From a virus (Duplodnaviria; Caudoviricetes), in the IMG/VR virus record IMGVR_UViG_3300042862_000096, positions 1-55,705 of that record: a stretch of DNA of 55,705 bases; one strand, 5' to 3'. The notes beneath the pieces are model-generated. The model was not told the DNA's origin, made no database searches, and saw only the letters and a program-made list of their open reading frames with translations. Within the stretch, counting starts at the first letter, position 1. Each line of letters starts with the position of its first letter. The position numbers and the translations under genes are program-made. This document shows positions 53,541 through 55,705 of this stretch, one piece after another.

Positions 53541-53984
53541 TTAGATACCCATAGCCTTTCTAACCGCACCCAGTAATCGCCCGTCCATGCCCTTTATACG
53601 CCTTCTAACTGGGTCTTCAAGGTACTTCGCTTTCCTGCCATTACGGAAGTTCATTTCTAAATCTTCGTGAACAATAGCAGCGTAATCTGCTGCTGCTCCT
53701 CCATAAGAAATCTCAACAACAACATCTTTTCCTTCTACCTTCGGAAAGCCCAATTTTCCAGAAGCCCGTAAATTACCAGTGTCAAGAGGAACTTCATCTT
53801 GGCTCTCTTCAAATATTGTTGCGCCTTCGCGATAAAGTGCTTGCCCAAGAGTGCCTAGAGACTTTGGTCCACTAAGAGTAAGTAGGTCCATAAGTTTCTT
53901 TGAATCTAGAGATACTTCATATTTAGCCACCGATAGAACCGAACCTAACTTTAGTGTGATGAACTGTTGCTGTTCCGTTAGCAC
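53541..53984 (-). CDS. HK97 gp10-like neck protein
   Basis: VPLDTGNLRASG, YA..VHE, AKYLE.P. Confidence 0.8.
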   Translation of the reverse strand: MLTEQQQFITLKLGSVLSVAKYEVSLDSKKLMDLLTLSGPKSLGTLGQALYREGATIFEESQDEVPLDTGNLRASGKLGFPKVEGKDVVVEISYGGAAADYAAIVHEDLEMNFRNGRKAKYLEDPVRRRIKGMDGRLLGAVRKAMGI

Positions 53985-54288
53985 TATAACTTACTTTATC
54001 TACCGATATTATTCTTGGGTCTGCATTACTTCCCGGCAAGTCTAATCTATCCCCCACTTCAACATTTGCGTCTGAAAGTATATAAAGAGTTCCGCCTTCA
54101 ACAATTTCATTACCCTGTTCATCTCGAGAGTTTTTAACATCAGATATAACACGGCAGGAAAATGAAGTAGGGGTTGCTGATATGGTACGAGAGCCGTAAT
54201 TATTCAAACTTCCTTTTTTGTACACGACTACAGTGTCGGTCATATCTCCTGACCAGTGGTTAGGAGAACCCTTTACATATGTGGTCAT
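53923..54288 (-). CDS. Head-to-tail stopper
   Basis: Position; N.YG, G.EI, DRL.LP motifs. Confidence 0.7.
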   Translation of the reverse strand: MTTYVKGSPNHWSGDMTDTVVVYKKGSLNNYGSRTISATPTSFSCRVISDVKNSRDEQGNEIVEGGTLYILSDANVEVGDRLDLPGSNADPRIISVDKVSYSANGTATVHHTKVRFGSIGG

Positions 54289-54297
54289 TTTTCACTC

Positions 54298-54711
54298 CTA
54301 TACGTTGTAGTCGTGGATACCTGTATAAAAATCCGTCTTGTAAGTAGTCGTGGATTTATCTGCTGTAGCCATAATAGCCTGAGTGTTAATTTTTGGAGTT
54401 GGCGGGTTGAGGTATATTTTTTGTGATCTCAATCTGTCGGCCAAAGCGCGAAACTCAACTGCGGAAGTAGCGTAAGATTCTGATATAGAAAGGTCGCCAA
54501 TACTACGACTGTAATTAGTTTTATGAGCAAATGAACCTGCAATAATATCAGCGGCAGCAATAGCAGCGTCAAAAATATCATTACTCCAAGTAGTTAAAAG
54601 ATAAGCAATCTCTTCGTCATGTAAATGGAAATCAGTAGAGTCGGTATCTTGGACTAAAAATCTAACTTTATCTCTATTACCACTCGAAGGGTCTACATAG
54701 GTGAAAGCCAT
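54298..54711 (-). CDS. Head-to-tail adaptor
   Basis: D.VRFL..DTD....L.DEEI..LL, IGDLSIS. Confidence 0.8.
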   Translation of the reverse strand: MAFTYVDPSSGNRDKVRFLVQDTDSTDFHLHDEEIAYLLTTWSNDIFDAAIAAADIIAGSFAHKTNYSRSIGDLSISESYATSAVEFRALADRLRSQKIYLNPPTPKINTQAIMATADKSTTTYKTDFYTGIHDYNV

Positions 54712-54712
54712 T

Positions 54713-55018
54713 TTATACTATCTCCACTCCACAGATATGGAAATTAACTTCAGTGCTGGAAGCATTTCCTGTTATTAGTTGCCCTGTAGTTAAAGGCTGG
54801 GAGATATTATAGATTTGAGTTGCGCCTGCTGTAATACTTACAGTTCCAAATAATTGAACGCTGTTGAGCGAGATGGTAAAGGTTCGTGTAGAAGCACCAT
54901 CATTATTAACTACAATGCTCGTAACAACAGTAGTTGTAGAAGCAGGAACTGTATAAAGAGTTGAAGAACCAGTTTGGGCTGCTGCGCGGTGAAGTATCTT
55001 ATTAGTAATAACTGACAT
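54713..55018 (-). CDS. Small virion protein (TLYTVP family)
   Basis: Paralog of 3089-3415 and 55018-55320. Confidence 0.65.
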   Translation of the reverse strand: MSVITNKILHRAAAQTGSSTLYTVPASTTTVVTSIVVNNDGASTRTFTISLNSVQLFGTVSITAGATQIYNISQPLTTGQLITGNASSTEVNFHICGVEIV

Positions 55019-55320
55019 CAGGTTATCTCCACTCCTGCTATAAAGAAGTTAATATCTGTGGCCGAGGCTAAGCCTTTAATCGTTTTGGTGGCTGTTAAGG
55101 TTTGCTTCATTGAATAGGTCGTAGTTGTGTTGGCGGCAATACTTAGTTCCTTAAACAAATCGACATCGTCTAGTAGGATAGAAAAAGTTAAAGAACCGCC
55201 TGAGGTATTGGAAACTGTAATTTCAGTAACTACTGTGGTAGTGGCTGAAGGGGTTGTATAAAGGGTCGCGCTAGAAACGGCAGCAGCCGTCCGTGAAAGT
55301 ATCTTTGGGGTTACAGCCAT
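55018..55320 (-). CDS. Small virion protein (TLYTVP family)
   Basis: Paralog of 54713-55018. Confidence 0.65.
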   Translation of the reverse strand: MAVTPKILSRTAAAVSSATLYTTPSATTTVVTEITVSNTSGGSLTFSILLDDVDLFKELSIAANTTTTYSMKQTLTATKTIKGLASATDINFFIAGVEIT

Positions 55321-55460
55321 TAGTTAGCCTTCATTATTTCCATGATTTGGAAGTCATCAAACTCAGCGTCTGAATCATCTGCTAAGTTTTTAATATCAGT
55401 GTGAACCGCAGGGGTATCTGCGGCTAAAGGGTATCTTAGTCCTCGACCAGTGGTTGCCAT
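55320..55460 (-). CDS. 46-aa virion peptide (not in ORF track)
   Basis: MATTGRGLRYPLAADTPAVHTDIKNLA...; AAGGAG RBS. Confidence 0.65.
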   Translation of the reverse strand: MATTGRGLRYPLAADTPAVHTDIKNLADDSDAEFDDFQIMEIMKAN

Positions 55461-55580
55461 TTTTACTCCTTTTAACAGTTTAATAATAGCAGAAGACTTA
55501 AAGCAAAAAGGATAGCACTTAAGGTAAGCCTTTAATTGACGAAGCCTGAGTGATAGGCTACTTTTAGTTCAGGAGGATAG

Positions 55581-55705
55581 ATGAAATCAAATATAGAACT
55601 TTTCAACGAAAAAAAATATATTCACGTAAAGGGTGCTATTTCTCCAGATATTTGCGGTATTGCGGCCCAATATGGAGTTTTTGATTCTTTTGTTAATTAC
55701 ACCCC
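55581..55705 (+). CDS. 5' part of the 2OG-Fe(II) oxygenase-like gene continuing at position 1
   Basis: AGGAGG RBS, then MKSNIELFNEKKYIHVKGAISPDICGIAAQYGVFDSFVNYTP, in frame with DPNQVIGAHRKYADPLMES. Confidence 0.85.
   Translation, partial: MKSNIELFNEKKYIHVKGAISPDICGIAAQYGVFDSFVNYT
55687..55705. repeat. Terminal overlap identical to 1-19
   Basis: Direct comparison of the two ends. Confidence 0.95.

Noticed and set aside
1-55705. Alternative genetic code, tRNA genes, DGR or retron
   Set aside because: Genes are full length under code 11; no cloverleaf or reverse transcriptase recognised by eye (tRNAscan-SE/ARAGORN and an RT HMM search would confirm)

Overview
The window is an apparently complete ~55.7-kb circularised genome of a tailed dsDNA phage with siphovirus-like tail genes. 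There is a 19-bp end overlap, and one ORF reads through the junction. The host is most likely an actinobacterium, based on WhiB, GAAAGG-type RBSs and candidate leaderless promoters; a freshwater lineage is a guess. Nearly all genes lie on the minus strand. Modules are: small early genes and recombination/replication (~26.4-40.5 kb); a ParB-TET/JBP-glycosyltransferase-FkbM cluster abutting the terminase (21.4-26.1 kb); accessory enzymes (carbamoyltransferase, SpeD, 2OG-Fe(II) oxygenases); head genes including a MuF-HNH-ADP-ribosyltransferase fusion; tail genes; and lysis genes. I recognised no integrase, DNA polymerase, tRNA or CRISPR array. The main discovery is an RNA-level control system in the early operon. 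Five intact, sequence-divergent type II hammerhead ribozymes (35.9-39.6 kb) each sit just upstream of a gene's RBS, four of them directly after the preceding stop codon. They are predicted to cut the transcript into 5'-OH/cyclic-phosphate mRNA units with uniform 49-57-nt leaders. Associated features are a ~600-nt structured leader, core-sequestering alternative hairpins, an early-gene-specific RBS (AAGGGUAA, versus AAGGAG in late genes), and a structured leader at the start of the late region whose hairpin loops are complementary to that early RBS. All protein family calls come from motif recognition by eye, not from database searches.
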